64,000 bases of DNA. Origin: Cyanobacteria bacterium P01_A01_bin.123. Its GTDB lineage: Bacteria > Cyanobacteriota > Cyanobacteriia > Phormidesmidales > Phormidesmidaceae. The notes under the pieces were generated by a model, which made no database searches, was not told where the DNA came from, and was given only the letters and a program-made list of their open reading frames with translations. The position numbers were made by a program, and so were the translations under genes. The stretch lies in contig JBCBZT010000013.1 of NCBI GenBank assembly GCA_039815185.1, positions 1 to 64,000 on the forward strand, written 5' to 3'. The first letter of the stretch is position 1. Each line of letters begins with the position of its first letter. Below are positions 21,075 to 31,146 of this stretch, in pieces.

Positions 21075-23209
21075 GTCAAAGGAGACATCAAGACCATCAG
21101 CGATCGCTCCACGACCTCAATCTCATCATCTTTTCGGTAGGTTTTGCCGTTATCGACAAAGCCCTTATCGTTGGTATCGATCACGACCTGCCAATAGCGG
21201 TTTTGGAGAGAGGGAGGCAGTTGAAACTTAAGCATTTCCAGATTGGCATTGAACAGCAGCAAAAAGCTATCGTCAATGATTCTTTGACCGCAGGTATCAG
21301 GGCTTTTAAGCTCTTCACCGTTGAGGAAAATTGCGATCGCTTTGGCCAAATGCTCATGCCAGTCTTCTTCTTGAATGTCGGTGCCGTCGGGGTTATACCA
21401 GCCAATATCGTGCACGCCCGAGCCGTGGATCTCATGCCCTTGGAACCACTCCCGTCGGCAAAAGACGGGATGATTTTGGCGAAACTGCAGCAATTGACGA
21501 GTAAAGTTCAACAGTTCAGCATGCCTAGGTTCAGACGACCAATCAAACCAAGAGAGTTCATTATCTTGGCAATAGGTATTATTGTTGCCCTGTTTGCTGC
21601 GGCCAAATTCATCTCCGCCTAGCAGCATCGGTACCCCCTGAGACAAAATCAGCGTGGCCAGGAAATTACGCTGTTGCCGTGCCCGCAGTTGCAATACCAC
21701 CGGATCGTCAGTTTCCCCTTCGATACCGCAGTTCCACGAGCGGTTATAGCTTTCGCCATCGCGGTTCTCTTCACCGTTGGCTAGATTACGCTTGTCGTGA
21801 TAACTGACCAAATCCCGCAGGGTAAAGCCATCGTGGCATGTGATGAAATTGATGCTGGCGTGGGGGCGTTTGCCGTTGCTTTCATAGAGGTCTGAACTGC
21901 CCGTGATGCGGAAGGCAAATTCCCCTAGACGGCAGGATTCATCGCGCCAGAAATCCCGCATAGTGTCGCGGTATTTGCCGTTCCATTCAGACCACAGCAT
22001 AGGAAAGTTACCCACCTGGTAGCCGCCTTCGCCCAAATCCCAAGGTTCAGCAATCAGCTTTGTGACGGAAAGCACCGGATCTTGGTGGATGATGTCAAAA
22101 AACGCCGCCAAGCTGTTAACTTCATACAGTTCACGGGCCAGGGCAGAAGCTAAGTCGAAGCGGAAACCATCCACATGCATCTCCGTCACCCAATAGCGCA
22201 GGCTATCCATAATCAGCTTCAAAACCTGGGGGTGGCGCACATTCAAAGAGTTACCGCAGCCTGTAAAGTCGACGTAATAGCGGGGTGCTTCTTCTGATAG
22301 ACGGTAGTAAGCAGCGTTGTCAATGCCGCGAAAGCACAGGGAGGGGCCCAGCTGATTGCCTTCGCCCGTGTGGTTATAGACCACGTCTAAAATCACCTCA
22401 ATCCCTTCTGCATGCAGAGACTTTACCATCTGCTTGAATTCCGTCACCTGTTCGCCGTGGATGCCCGTAGCGCTGTAGCCCGAGTAGGGTGCAAAAAAGC
22501 CGAGGGAATCATACCCCCAATAGTTATGCAGTTCTGACTCAACCAGATGGGCCGGGTACCTGTTGAAATGGTGTACGGGCAGCAACTCAATGGCCGTGAC
22601 CCCAAGCGTCTTGAGATGGGCGATCGCAGCAGGATGGCCTAACCCAGCATAGGTACCCCGCAGTTCTGGGGGAATGTCCGGGTGCTGCTGAGTAAAGCCC
22701 TTGACATGAGTTTCATAAATAACGGTGCGGTGCCACGGTGTTTCGGGATAGTGGTCTCCCGCCCAGTCAAATTGGGGGTCGAGCACAATGCATTTGGGGA
22801 CAGCGTGTTGACTGTCGTGCTTCGAGGGCAGTAGGTCGCCATCGGGGTCATCGGCCAGGTCTAGGGGATAGCCGTAAATTTCGCGGCCGTGTTGCAGATC
22901 GCCGGCAATGGCCCGAGCATAGGGGTCAAGCAATAGTTTTTGAGAATTAAAGCGATGGCCGTTTTCTGGATCATAGGGGCCGTGAACGCGAAAGCCATAG
23001 CGCTGCCCAGGGCCAATGTAGGGCACATAACCATGCCAGACAAAGTTGTTGACCTCGGGTAGGGAAATTCGGGTTTCTTGCCCCGCTTCATCAAATAGAC
23101 ACAGGTCAACTTGGCTGGCATTTTCGGAAAACAACGCAAAGTTGGTGCCGTTTCCATCCCATGTGGCACCTAAGGGATGGGACTTCCCTGGCCAAATTTG
23201 CAGTTCCAT
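21071..23209 (-). CDS. glgX: Glycogen debranching enzyme (isoamylase)
   Basis: NYWGY, DVVYNHT, GFRFDLAS, IAEPWD and CHDGFTL GH13 motifs. Confidence 0.95.
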   Translation of the reverse strand: MELQIWPGKSHPLGATWDGNGTNFALFSENASQVDLCLFDEAGQETRISLPEVNNFVWHGYVPYIGPGQRYGFRVHGPYDPENGHRFNSQKLLLDPYARAIAGDLQHGREIYGYPLDLADDPDGDLLPSKHDSQHAVPKCIVLDPQFDWAGDHYPETPWHRTVIYETHVKGFTQQHPDIPPELRGTYAGLGHPAAIAHLKTLGVTAIELLPVHHFNRYPAHLVESELHNYWGYDSLGFFAPYSGYSATGIHGEQVTEFKQMVKSLHAEGIEVILDVVYNHTGEGNQLGPSLCFRGIDNAAYYRLSEEAPRYYVDFTGCGNSLNVRHPQVLKLIMDSLRYWVTEMHVDGFRFDLASALARELYEVNSLAAFFDIIHQDPVLSVTKLIAEPWDLGEGGYQVGNFPMLWSEWNGKYRDTMRDFWRDESCRLGEFAFRITGSSDLYESNGKRPHASINFITCHDGFTLRDLVSYHDKRNLANGEENRDGESYNRSWNCGIEGETDDPVVLQLRARQQRNFLATLILSQGVPMLLGGDEFGRSKQGNNNTYCQDNELSWFDWSSEPRHAELLNFTRQLLQFRQNHPVFCRREWFQGHEIHGSGVHDIGWYNPDGTDIQEEDWHEHLAKAIAIFLNGEELKSPDTCGQRIIDDSFLLLFNANLEMLKFQLPPSLQNRYWQVVIDTNDKGFVDNGKTYRKDDEIEVVERSLMVLMSPLT

Positions 23210-23378
23210 AACAAGCGGCTCCCTTGCAAACGGTAGTGTTCGCTTCAATCGTGTTGGGTTCAAGCCTCATTTTAGTCACTGAACCCTAAGTTCGCAGCGT
23301 TGCCTAAACCCCACTCAGCGTAAAGGGGCAATAAAGTAGCAGAGATAACTGTTTGAAGAGTCAGTGAAGAATTGCCTA

Positions 23379-23439
23379 ATTAACCCTGACTTAACTTTTT
23401 CTTATTTTCACTTAAACATTGCGCATTTCTACTTAACCT
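23379..23439 (+). promoter_or_regulatory. Putative Pho box (SphR/PhoB sites) upstream of the 5'-nucleotidase
   Basis: ATTAACCC (23379), CTTAACTT (23390) and CTTATTTT (23401) at 11-bp period, plus CTTAAACA (23411) and CTTAACCT (23432); resembles cyanobacterial PyTTAAPyPyW repeats. Confidence 0.6.
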
Positions 23440-23550
23440 ACTGTCGTTAAATTGCTTGAAGACCGTGATCATACGGAATGCGATCGCGGCTCTGGGTGTG
23501 CGATCGTTTCTGCGTGTTGCTTTTACTACTGATAGAGAGAGTTTCTTTTT

Positions 23551-25374
23551 ATGCTGATGCGCAACTTTATCAAGTCATCTGCCTTGCTGGCAGGTAGCTT
23601 GAGTCTGCTAGGTGGGTTCTTGCTAACCCCTGCTCAGGCGTTCAACCTTTCCATCTTGCACAACAACGATGGTGAATCCCAACTTCTGGATGATGAGGGC
23701 GAGGCGGGTGCTGCCACCTTTGTGACTTTGATCAATCAGGTCAAAGCTGACCTAACTGCTGCGGGGACTCCCTTCGTAACGGTGTCTTCCGGGGACAACT
23801 TCTTGGCTGGTTTGGCTTACGAGGCAGGTCAAGGAGATTTCGATGCTGAGGTGATCAACGCGATTGACTACGATGCGATTGCCTTGGGCAACCACGACTT
23901 TGACTTTGGCTCCCAGGTATTGGCTGACTTTATCGCTAAAGTTGATGCTGACATTCCTTACCTCAGCGCTAATTTGGACTTTACGGGTAGCCCACTAGAG
24001 GATCTTGTGGGCGATCGCTTATTTAGCAGCGTCCAGGTAGAAAAAGATGGCGAGCAAATCGGGATTATTTCCGCAGTGACCGAAGGTCTGGCCTCTGTCT
24101 CCAGCCCCGATGGGGTAACCATCAACCCGGTTAAAGAAGCTGTGGAAGCTGAAATTGCGGCGTTAGAAGCAGAAGGCGTTAATAAAATCATCTTGATTAG
24201 TCACCTCCAGTCTATCAACGAAGAAATTGCCTTGGCAGAGGAAGTTGAAGGCATCGACGTGATTATCGCCGGGGGCGGTGATGAGCTGCTTGGTGATGCC
24301 AGTACCCCCTTACTGTCCAGTGAAGAAGGCGACGAGTTCTTTGGCCCCTATCCGGTTATGGTCAACACTGGAGACGGGTTTGTGCCTGTAGTAACTACCC
24401 CTGGGGAATACAAGTATTTGGGTCAGCTCAACGTTACATTTGATGATGACGGCAACGTGACTGAAGCCAACGGCCAGCTAATTCGTAACACTACTGAGGA
24501 CGGCCTCACCCCCGATCCTGACATTCAGGCCAACGTGATTGAGCCGCTAGAGGAGGCGATCGCAGAGCTAGAACAAAATGTGGTTGGGACTACTGGTGTC
24601 TTTCTCAATGGCGTGCGTGGAGATGTGCGGACCCAAGAAACCAACCTGGGTAATCTGATTGCTGATGCTTTGCTATGGCAAGCTGAGCAGTTGGCCGACA
24701 GCTTCAACGTCGAGACTCCCGTAATTGGCATTCAAAATGGTGGCGGTATCCGCAACAGCAACACCTTCGAAGTCGGTGAAGAGATTTCCGAGGCGGATAC
24801 CATCAATGTTTTGCCTTTTGCTAACTTCGTGACCATCGTCGAAGACGTTACCCCCGAGCAACTCTTGGCAGTCTTTGAAAATGCGGTCAGCAATGTGGAA
24901 AATGTGGACGGTCGCTTTGCCCAGATTTCTGGCGTTAAAGTGGGCTTCGATCTAGAATCTGACCCCTTCAGTCGGGTCGTCAGCATCACCCTGGATGATG
25001 GCACCAAGATTGTCGAAAACGGTACGGTCGTGGCCGGTGCACCCACCATAGCCTTAGCCACCAATAGCTTCTCCGCTCGGGGTGGGGATGATTATCCTCT
25101 GGGTGACAATCCCCAAACCAACTTGCCTGAGTCCTATCAGGGGGCTTTGCTGAACTACATCGTTGAAGAACTTAACGGTGTTGTGACTGCTGAAGACTAT
25201 CCCGAGCTTGGTGAAGGGCGTCTGTTTGCGGCTCAATTTGTAGACGAGCCCGTTGATGGTGGCAATGGCGGTGGCGGCTCTGCCTCCGTTCCCGAGCCCG
25301 GCACCATTTTGGGGCTCCTAGCTGTGGGTGCACTGGGTGCAGGTGCCGCGAAGCGCCGTCGCCAAAGTGCATAG
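23551..25374 (+). CDS. Secreted 5'-nucleotidase / metallophosphoesterase with PEP-CTERM sorting signal
   Basis: Signal peptide, LHNNDGES, GDNF, GNHDFD, NGGGIR, LPFAN; C-terminal VPEP-TM-KRRR. Confidence 0.9.
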   Translation: MLMRNFIKSSALLAGSLSLLGGFLLTPAQAFNLSILHNNDGESQLLDDEGEAGAATFVTLINQVKADLTAAGTPFVTVSSGDNFLAGLAYEAGQGDFDAEVINAIDYDAIALGNHDFDFGSQVLADFIAKVDADIPYLSANLDFTGSPLEDLVGDRLFSSVQVEKDGEQIGIISAVTEGLASVSSPDGVTINPVKEAVEAEIAALEAEGVNKIILISHLQSINEEIALAEEVEGIDVIIAGGGDELLGDASTPLLSSEEGDEFFGPYPVMVNTGDGFVPVVTTPGEYKYLGQLNVTFDDDGNVTEANGQLIRNTTEDGLTPDPDIQANVIEPLEEAIAELEQNVVGTTGVFLNGVRGDVRTQETNLGNLIADALLWQAEQLADSFNVETPVIGIQNGGGIRNSNTFEVGEEISEADTINVLPFANFVTIVEDVTPEQLLAVFENAVSNVENVDGRFAQISGVKVGFDLESDPFSRVVSITLDDGTKIVENGTVVAGAPTIALATNSFSARGGDDYPLGDNPQTNLPESYQGALLNYIVEELNGVVTAEDYPELGEGRLFAAQFVDEPVDGGNGGGGSASVPEPGTILGLLAVGALGAGAAKRRRQSA

Positions 25375-25419
25375 GTGCAAGGCGCATAGGCTAGAAGATA
25401 CACCACACACATGAGATTT

Positions 25420-25453
25420 AGGAGATGCCGCCCAACGGCATCTCCTTTCTTTT
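25420..25453 (+). terminator. Intrinsic terminator
   Basis: AGGAGATGCCG-cccaa-CGGCATCTCCT followed by TTCTTTT. Confidence 0.85.
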
Positions 25454-25576
25454 GCGATTGGCGTGATGGAGATCACAGTACAAAACCAAAGGAATCACAA
25501 CGCGATCGCCGGATCAATCACCAGCAAAGGAATTTTCGCTGACTACGATAGAAACAGTTAGCGGAGATCAGGTTCG

Positions 25577-25678
25577 ATGTCGAAAATTTCTAGAAAGCCC
25601 TTGAAACGCAACCCGTTTTGCACCTATCGCGACCCCCAAACAGGCCGATGGCACGTGGTAAAGTCCGCGGCCTGCTGA
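25577..25678 (+). CDS. Putative small protein (33 aa)
   Basis: GGAG upstream; MSKISRKPLKRNPFCTYRDPQTGRWHVVKSAAC. Confidence 0.55.
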   Translation: MSKISRKPLKRNPFCTYRDPQTGRWHVVKSAAC

Positions 25679-25997
25679 AAGCAGACTTCCGTCCCCCAGA
25701 CGGCAACCCAACTATGAGTGTCCCTGGAGAGGCAGATTTGCCCAGGGGGTCGTTTCTAGACGATCAATCGAAGCCTTCATCTTGAAAATCGTCACCCAGC
25801 TTTCATAGTCAGGCCGAATTTTTTCCTTAAGCTTGCCTGCATCTACCCTATATTTTTTATGTTTTTCGCTGGCGATCGCCGTCTCAGAATCGCCAGGGCA
25901 AAGCTGAAAGAGGAATACAGGATTGAGCAGTCAGCAGGAAGACCAGCAATTCTAGCTGTGTGAATCTAGTCCTGCTCTCTGAGAGTGGAAATGAAGT

Positions 25998-26933
25998 TTA
26001 GACCAGCGTAATTTTTTCGATCGGTGTGGCTGTGGTCTGCTGGGTACGCAAACGCCGGGCTTGGCTTAACAACGACCAGGCTTTGAGCGAAAAGACTGCC
26101 GGGGTAGCCAAGGCGAGCGCCGCTGCAACTTGTTGTTGCTTTAGGGCAACCAGCCCCCAATGGAGTTGGAGGTAGGTTTGAATATCGGTGAGTGTAGGCA
26201 GGCGATCGCGGTGGCGATCGCTGACGTTTGCATAGATGCGGGACTTGATTAGCGCATTCGTATCCAGACGACGCTGGAAGGTAATTTTTTGGTCGTATCC
26301 CCCGGCCCAAACGGTACGGTAGGCGAGACATTCATTGATAAAGAGGGCATCGCCAAATTGAGCGACGCGAATCCAAGAGTCGATGTCGTCACAGCTGGTC
26401 ATGGTTAAATCCCAACCGCCGGATTGCAAAAAGGCATCTCGCCGCACCGCCACCTGAATCGGCGTTCCAAACGGAACCACCTCGAGCAACATGCCATAGT
26501 GAATGTCGGCCTGGGGCACATAAAAAATCTGGCCGGGGCCAGTCGCTGGGGTACGGCTGAGTTCTTCACCCTGTTCGTTGACTTGGGCAGCTTGGCAAGA
26601 ACAAATCACGGCTTGGGGTCGCAGGGCGATGGCCGCTGCCATGCGTTCAATGCAGTTGGGGGCGAGATAGTCATCGTCATCAACGAGTTTGAGCCAATCT
26701 CCTGTGGCCACATCGCCCCCTGCATTGACGGCCCCCGAGTGATTGCTATTCACCGTATTACGGTGATAAACCACGCGATCGCCCAAGCTTTTGACATAGT
26801 CGTCAGTGCCGTCAGTGGAGGCGTTATCAACAACCACGACCTCACAGGGAACCGTCTGATTCAGCGCAGTGTCAATGGCACGCTTCAGCAGATGCAAACG
26901 GTTATAAGTGGTGATCACAATACTGAATTTCAC
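25998..26933 (-). CDS. Glycosyltransferase family 2
   Basis: FSIVITTYNR, VVDNASTDGT, VDDDD motifs; GTG at 26933 is the likely start. Confidence 0.9.
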   Translation of the reverse strand: MKFSIVITTYNRLHLLKRAIDTALNQTVPCEVVVVDNASTDGTDDYVKSLGDRVVYHRNTVNSNHSGAVNAGGDVATGDWLKLVDDDDYLAPNCIERMAAAIALRPQAVICSCQAAQVNEQGEELSRTPATGPGQIFYVPQADIHYGMLLEVVPFGTPIQVAVRRDAFLQSGGWDLTMTSCDDIDSWIRVAQFGDALFINECLAYRTVWAGGYDQKITFQRRLDTNALIKSRIYANVSDRHRDRLPTLTDIQTYLQLHWGLVALKQQQVAAALALATPAVFSLKAWSLLSQARRLRTQQTTATPIEKITLV

Positions 26934-27001
26934 AGGACTATACCCAGATAAATCACAGGAATTATTCCAGCAGACCATACCTCAGTTGGCATCACAAGCG
27001 C

Positions 27002-27946
27002 TTAAGAGGAGTGTTGGGTGATTTGCATCAGCCGATGAAAGGGACAGCGCGACCCTCCTTGGGTTGCTCCTTTCATTGGCTGAGTTTGATTCAAGGCTGA
27101 AAGCTGTCCCGGAGGGCCAATGTTTTGCCAGTCGGCACCATTGGGGTAGCTGCGTAAGCGTTGATAGTAATCGGTAAAGCTATCCCTACGCCGGGGCCAT
27201 AACCGTCTGACTAACCGCTGCCGAGTTTTCATTGCCCACACGACGCGTTGTCGCTGTCTAGGAGTGGGCTGGGGCCAGCCCAGGGCATTCAGCATGGCAT
27301 CGTCCAGTAACGCATAGGTGTTTGATTTCACCAGCGATCGCGTCCAGCGGGGAAACCAGTTTGTCATCATTTGTAAGACCGCATCGCCAATGTGTTGATT
27401 AGCTTCGCTGTAGCGGAGATGTTGCGCTTCGTAATTACAGTTGTAGCGTTCGAAGGCCTCGTAGGTTTCAGGAATCGATTGGATGCCCATGCGTTCACCC
27501 ACGGCACGCCAAAAGTAGTAAAGCGCTAGCTTTTCTGTTTCACAGTAAGGTCGCCAGCCAAACCGGGCATTCCAGCGAATCGGTTCGTAAATAAACGTAG
27601 AAAGCACATACAGAAAATCTTCGTTGGCGATCGCAAAACGACGGTGCATCCGGTTCATGCGATCAATGGCAGTGGCTCCCTCTGGTGTGTCGTAGCCCCA
27701 CTGTAAGATCTTGGTAACGATGAATCCGGTGTCGTCATAGCGCTTTTGCGGTCGGTGGGTAAACTCCTGGGTTTGTTGCAATAAACGGCTGACGCTGGGA
27801 GCACAGAAGGTTCTCAACAGCGCATATTCCAAAGCCCGTGTGGTTTCCCAGGCGAATTCATAACCGACGGACAAGCGACAAATTTGGCAGTGATCCTGAA
27901 TCGGATCCAGCGTTTGGATGATGTCAAAGGGTTGGAGATGCTTCAT
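27002..27946 (-). CDS. MpaB/DUF2236-family heme oxygenase-like protein
   Basis: ALLRTF..P.VSRLL..T.EF...PQKRYDDT...MNRMH...I.NEDFLYVLSTF. Confidence 0.8.
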   Translation of the reverse strand: MKHLQPFDIIQTLDPIQDHCQICRLSVGYEFAWETTRALEYALLRTFCAPSVSRLLQQTQEFTHRPQKRYDDTGFIVTKILQWGYDTPEGATAIDRMNRMHRRFAIANEDFLYVLSTFIYEPIRWNARFGWRPYCETEKLALYYFWRAVGERMGIQSIPETYEAFERYNCNYEAQHLRYSEANQHIGDAVLQMMTNWFPRWTRSLVKSNTYALLDDAMLNALGWPQPTPRQRQRVVWAMKTRQRLVRRLWPRRRDSFTDYYQRLRSYPNGADWQNIGPPGQLSALNQTQPMKGATQGGSRCPFHRLMQITQHSS

Positions 27947-28095
27947 TGCAGCAGTGACGAAATTCTAAATAAAATAACTCAACCGTTAAGGCAGAGCAAA
28001 AACTGAAGCGATGGGGCGGTATTCTGTGGGGTAATACTCTATACACATTATTTAAGGACGTTTCAGGATAATTTTATTGCGCTAAACCCTCAAGC

Positions 28096-28359
28096 CTATG
28101 CCTCTGCTAGGGTTTCTTTGCTCAAGACAAAGCGATTTGCGACGGTTTCAGGCTGAATCGCCGACAAAATGATATGTCCAGAATCCATCACTATCACCGC
28201 CCGGGTGCGACGGCCATAGGTGGCATCGATTAGTTCACCGCGATCGCGAGCATCGCCAATAATCCGCTTAATCGGAGCTGATTCAGGGCTGACAATCGCA
28301 ACCACGCGATTTGCTGCAACGATATTACCAAAGCCGATGTTAATAAGCCGAATGTCCAT
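28096..28359 (-). CDS. remA: DUF370 / RemA family protein
   Basis: [27 protein letters not shown]...[11 protein letters not shown]. Confidence 0.9.
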   Translation of the reverse strand: MDIRLINIGFGNIVAANRVVAIVSPESAPIKRIIGDARDRGELIDATYGRRTRAVIVMDSGHIILSAIQPETVANRFVLSKETLAEA

Positions 28360-28665
28360 GGCTGATATCTATCCAATAGATAAGGATTCATTTAAACCTT
28401 GTTCAAATCCAATTCCGCGCATGCCTGAGCTAAAAGCTCAGTTTTCAATCGGATGTGGTTTAGTTGAGCAGGACACCTTAGGTTTAAATGTCTTAAGCTT
28501 AATGGTAGTCACAAAGAACACGGACAGACAAAACTTACTCCCAAGGATTTGGCTGTGGAAAGTTGGGAGCTCCAGAGATTATCCAGCGCTGCTGCTGGAA
28601 GGGTTCAGTGGCTTATAGCCAACTTTTAAGCGCATTTTTTTCGTCGTTACGGATTCCATCACGTT

Positions 28666-30459
28666 GTGCAACCTGTTGACTTTACAACGCTAGCTGCGGT
28701 GTGCAGTAAGCTACGGGAAGATTGGCTACCGGCTCGATGTGAGCAGGTGGTTCAACGCGATCGTTTTACCATTTGTATTGCCCTCAGAACGCTACAGGGG
28801 CGGGGGTGGTTAACCATTTCTTGGCATCCCCAAGCGGCTCGGATTCACATGGGCGATGCTCCCCCAAAAGTGCCCGACACATTCACCTTTAGTCAGCAAC
28901 TTAAGCATCAGTTGGGTGGGTTAGCGTTAGTCAGCATTAATGCGATCGCGCCTTGGGAGCGTGTGCTGGATTTGCAGTTTGCCCGTCGCCCGGGTGATTC
29001 ACCTCAGGGCCACCTCTATGTGGAGATTATGGGCAAATACAGTAATGCCATTCTCACCAACGCCCAACAGCAGATCGTCACAGCTGCCCACCAAGTGAGT
29101 GAGCAACAGTCGAGCGTGCGCCCAATTCAAACGGGCGATCGCTACCAAATGCCCCCTAAGATCACCCAACCCACACCTGAGCAGCACGCCTCTCAATCAG
29201 ACTGGCAGGAACCGATTTCCCTGGTTCCTGGGCCGCTGAAAAAGCGGATGATTCAGGCCTATGGTGGGTTGAGTTCGGCCCTACTGCGATCGCTGATTCA
29301 AGCAGCCCATCTTGATCCGCAACAGTCGACCGATAGTTTGACGGCGACAGACTGGGGCAATCTGTTTGACCAGTGGCAACAGTGGCTAACCCAATTAGTG
29401 ACCGAAAACTTTCAACCGGGGTTTACCGCCGGAGGCTACACCGTGATAGGCGTAGGGATAACCGAACCCACTGACTCGATACAGCAGTTGTTGAAAAACT
29501 ACTACACCCACCACCTTAATCAGTACAGCTTTGACCAGTGGCGTAACCAAATTTCCCAGAAACTGAAAACTGTCCTGAAAAAGCTCAAGCAAAAAGAATC
29601 AACGTTTCTCGAACGCCTCGAACAATCTGAACAGGCCGAGTACCATCGTCAACAGGCTGATTTGCTAATGGCCTATCAGCATCTTTGGCAACCCGGGATG
29701 CAGTCGATCACGTTAGAAGACTTTGAAACCAGTGAGCCTGTCACGATTCCCCTGAAGCTAGAAAAAAATGGGGTGCAAAATGCCCAGGCATTTTACAAGC
29801 AACATCAAAAGCTAAAGCGGGTTCGCCAAGCAGTTGCCCCCCTCTTGAACGAGGTTCGGGCTGAAATTCACTATTTAGAGCAGGTAGAATCAGCACTGAA
29901 TCAGGTGACCGTCTACGAACGGCCTGAAGACCTAGACGCGATCGCAGACATCCGTGACGAACTGATTGAACAAGGTTATCTATCAGCGCCCTATCAGCGC
30001 GAACGTAACGCTGCCAATACTCAACCTTTCCAATGTCACCACGCCCAAACCCCCGGTGGTCATGAGGTGCTGATAGGGCGCAACAACCGCCAAAACGACC
30101 ACCTGATCTCAAAGATCGCAACCGACTACGACCTTTGGTTCCACACCCAAGAAATTCCAGGCAGCCATGTGCTTCTGCGCCTCAACCCTGGGGATGTCCC
30201 GGACGAAATTGATTTGCAATGTACCGCGAACTTAGCGGCTTATTACAGCCGCGCCCGCCAAGCCGATCAAGTCCCTGTGGTGTATACAGCCCCTAAACAC
30301 GTCTATAAGCCTAAAGGGGCACGCCCCGGCATGGTGATTTACAAGCACGAACAAGTGCTTTGGGGCCAACCCCAGTTGATTCATCAGATGTTAGAGATGT
30401 TAGATCGGAAAACTCAACCCGGCACACCAGCCAGCCCTCGCAAAACCTTAAGTGTCTAA
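28666..30459 (+). CDS. rqcH: NFACT / RqcH ribosome quality-control protein (FbpA family)
   Basis: EIMGKYSN, GRNNRQND, WFHTQEIPGSHV, AAYYS, KPKGARPGMV. Confidence 0.9.
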   Translation: MQPVDFTTLAAVCSKLREDWLPARCEQVVQRDRFTICIALRTLQGRGWLTISWHPQAARIHMGDAPPKVPDTFTFSQQLKHQLGGLALVSINAIAPWERVLDLQFARRPGDSPQGHLYVEIMGKYSNAILTNAQQQIVTAAHQVSEQQSSVRPIQTGDRYQMPPKITQPTPEQHASQSDWQEPISLVPGPLKKRMIQAYGGLSSALLRSLIQAAHLDPQQSTDSLTATDWGNLFDQWQQWLTQLVTENFQPGFTAGGYTVIGVGITEPTDSIQQLLKNYYTHHLNQYSFDQWRNQISQKLKTVLKKLKQKESTFLERLEQSEQAEYHRQQADLLMAYQHLWQPGMQSITLEDFETSEPVTIPLKLEKNGVQNAQAFYKQHQKLKRVRQAVAPLLNEVRAEIHYLEQVESALNQVTVYERPEDLDAIADIRDELIEQGYLSAPYQRERNAANTQPFQCHHAQTPGGHEVLIGRNNRQNDHLISKIATDYDLWFHTQEIPGSHVLLRLNPGDVPDEIDLQCTANLAAYYSRARQADQVPVVYTAPKHVYKPKGARPGMVIYKHEQVLWGQPQLIHQMLEMLDRKTQPGTPASPRKTLSV

Positions 30460-30637
30460 CTTATAGCTTCGCCTATATCACTTGAAGCACCTACATCACT
30501 GAATTGCTTTGCTTAGGTAGGCATAGGGTCAACAACTCCCTTTGCATCAGCTTTAGTTATACAAAAGTTCCACAAAGGTTCGGAAAACCGATTAAGTTTT
30601 ATAAAATAGTTTCTGTAGAAATTGATACTATATGCAA

Positions 30638-30768
30638 TGGCAAGGCAATAAGGCGCAGTACTGCAACTGGTGGGACATTTGCAGCATTCTGTGTGGCCTC
30701 CAAATTGAGAGAAACGAGTAGAAATAATTTTTCTACTTCAACTAGGCTCCTTCGGGAGCCTTTTTTTT
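30638..30768 (+). ncRNA. Candidate ~130-nt sRNA (possibly PsrR1/SyR1-like)
   Basis: Extended -10 TGaTACTAT at 30623-30631, internal hairpin AGTAGAAA/TTTCTACT, and a strong terminator with no convincing ORF in front of it. Confidence 0.55.
30744..30768 (+). terminator. Intrinsic terminator with UUCG tetraloop
   Basis: AGGCTCC-TTCG-GGAGCC followed by T8. Confidence 0.9.
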
Positions 30769-31146
30769 GCTCTTCCGGGATACGTTTAGAAAGTTGGTTC
30801 GAGATAGTGAAGTTACCTGCGTATTCTGAGGGGACTGGTATGGATGCCCTTGGCTGGTCAATCACGACGAAGGCAATCACTAAAGGATTCCATGCCTCAA
30901 TCTGAATTAAGGATAATCCCAAGTTTTTCTTAAAGATGCCTTAATTTAGCTTTGGCGTCACAGATAAATCTGTTTTTTTGACTACAAAAATTCTGCAGTG
31001 GTTCCCTGCTTGCCTCCCCCGTGGCTACGCTAAAAATCATTCATAATGTGAGGGTTAAACCACATCTGATTTTTAGTACGAGTACTGCACCCCTACTAAA
31101 AAATCAAATGTGGCCAATATTCATACGCCCAGGATTTCATTCACCC

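Noticed and set aside
30504..30922. Overlapping opposite-strand ORFs 30504..30905 and 30599..30922
   Set aside because: No motifs, TTG starts, and they run through a strong terminator; a non-coding RNA explains the region better.
31075..31086. AGTACGAGTACT palindrome upstream of polA as a LexA box
   Set aside because: Half-site spacing is 2 nt; the cyanobacterial LexA consensus RGTACNNNDGTWCB needs 4.
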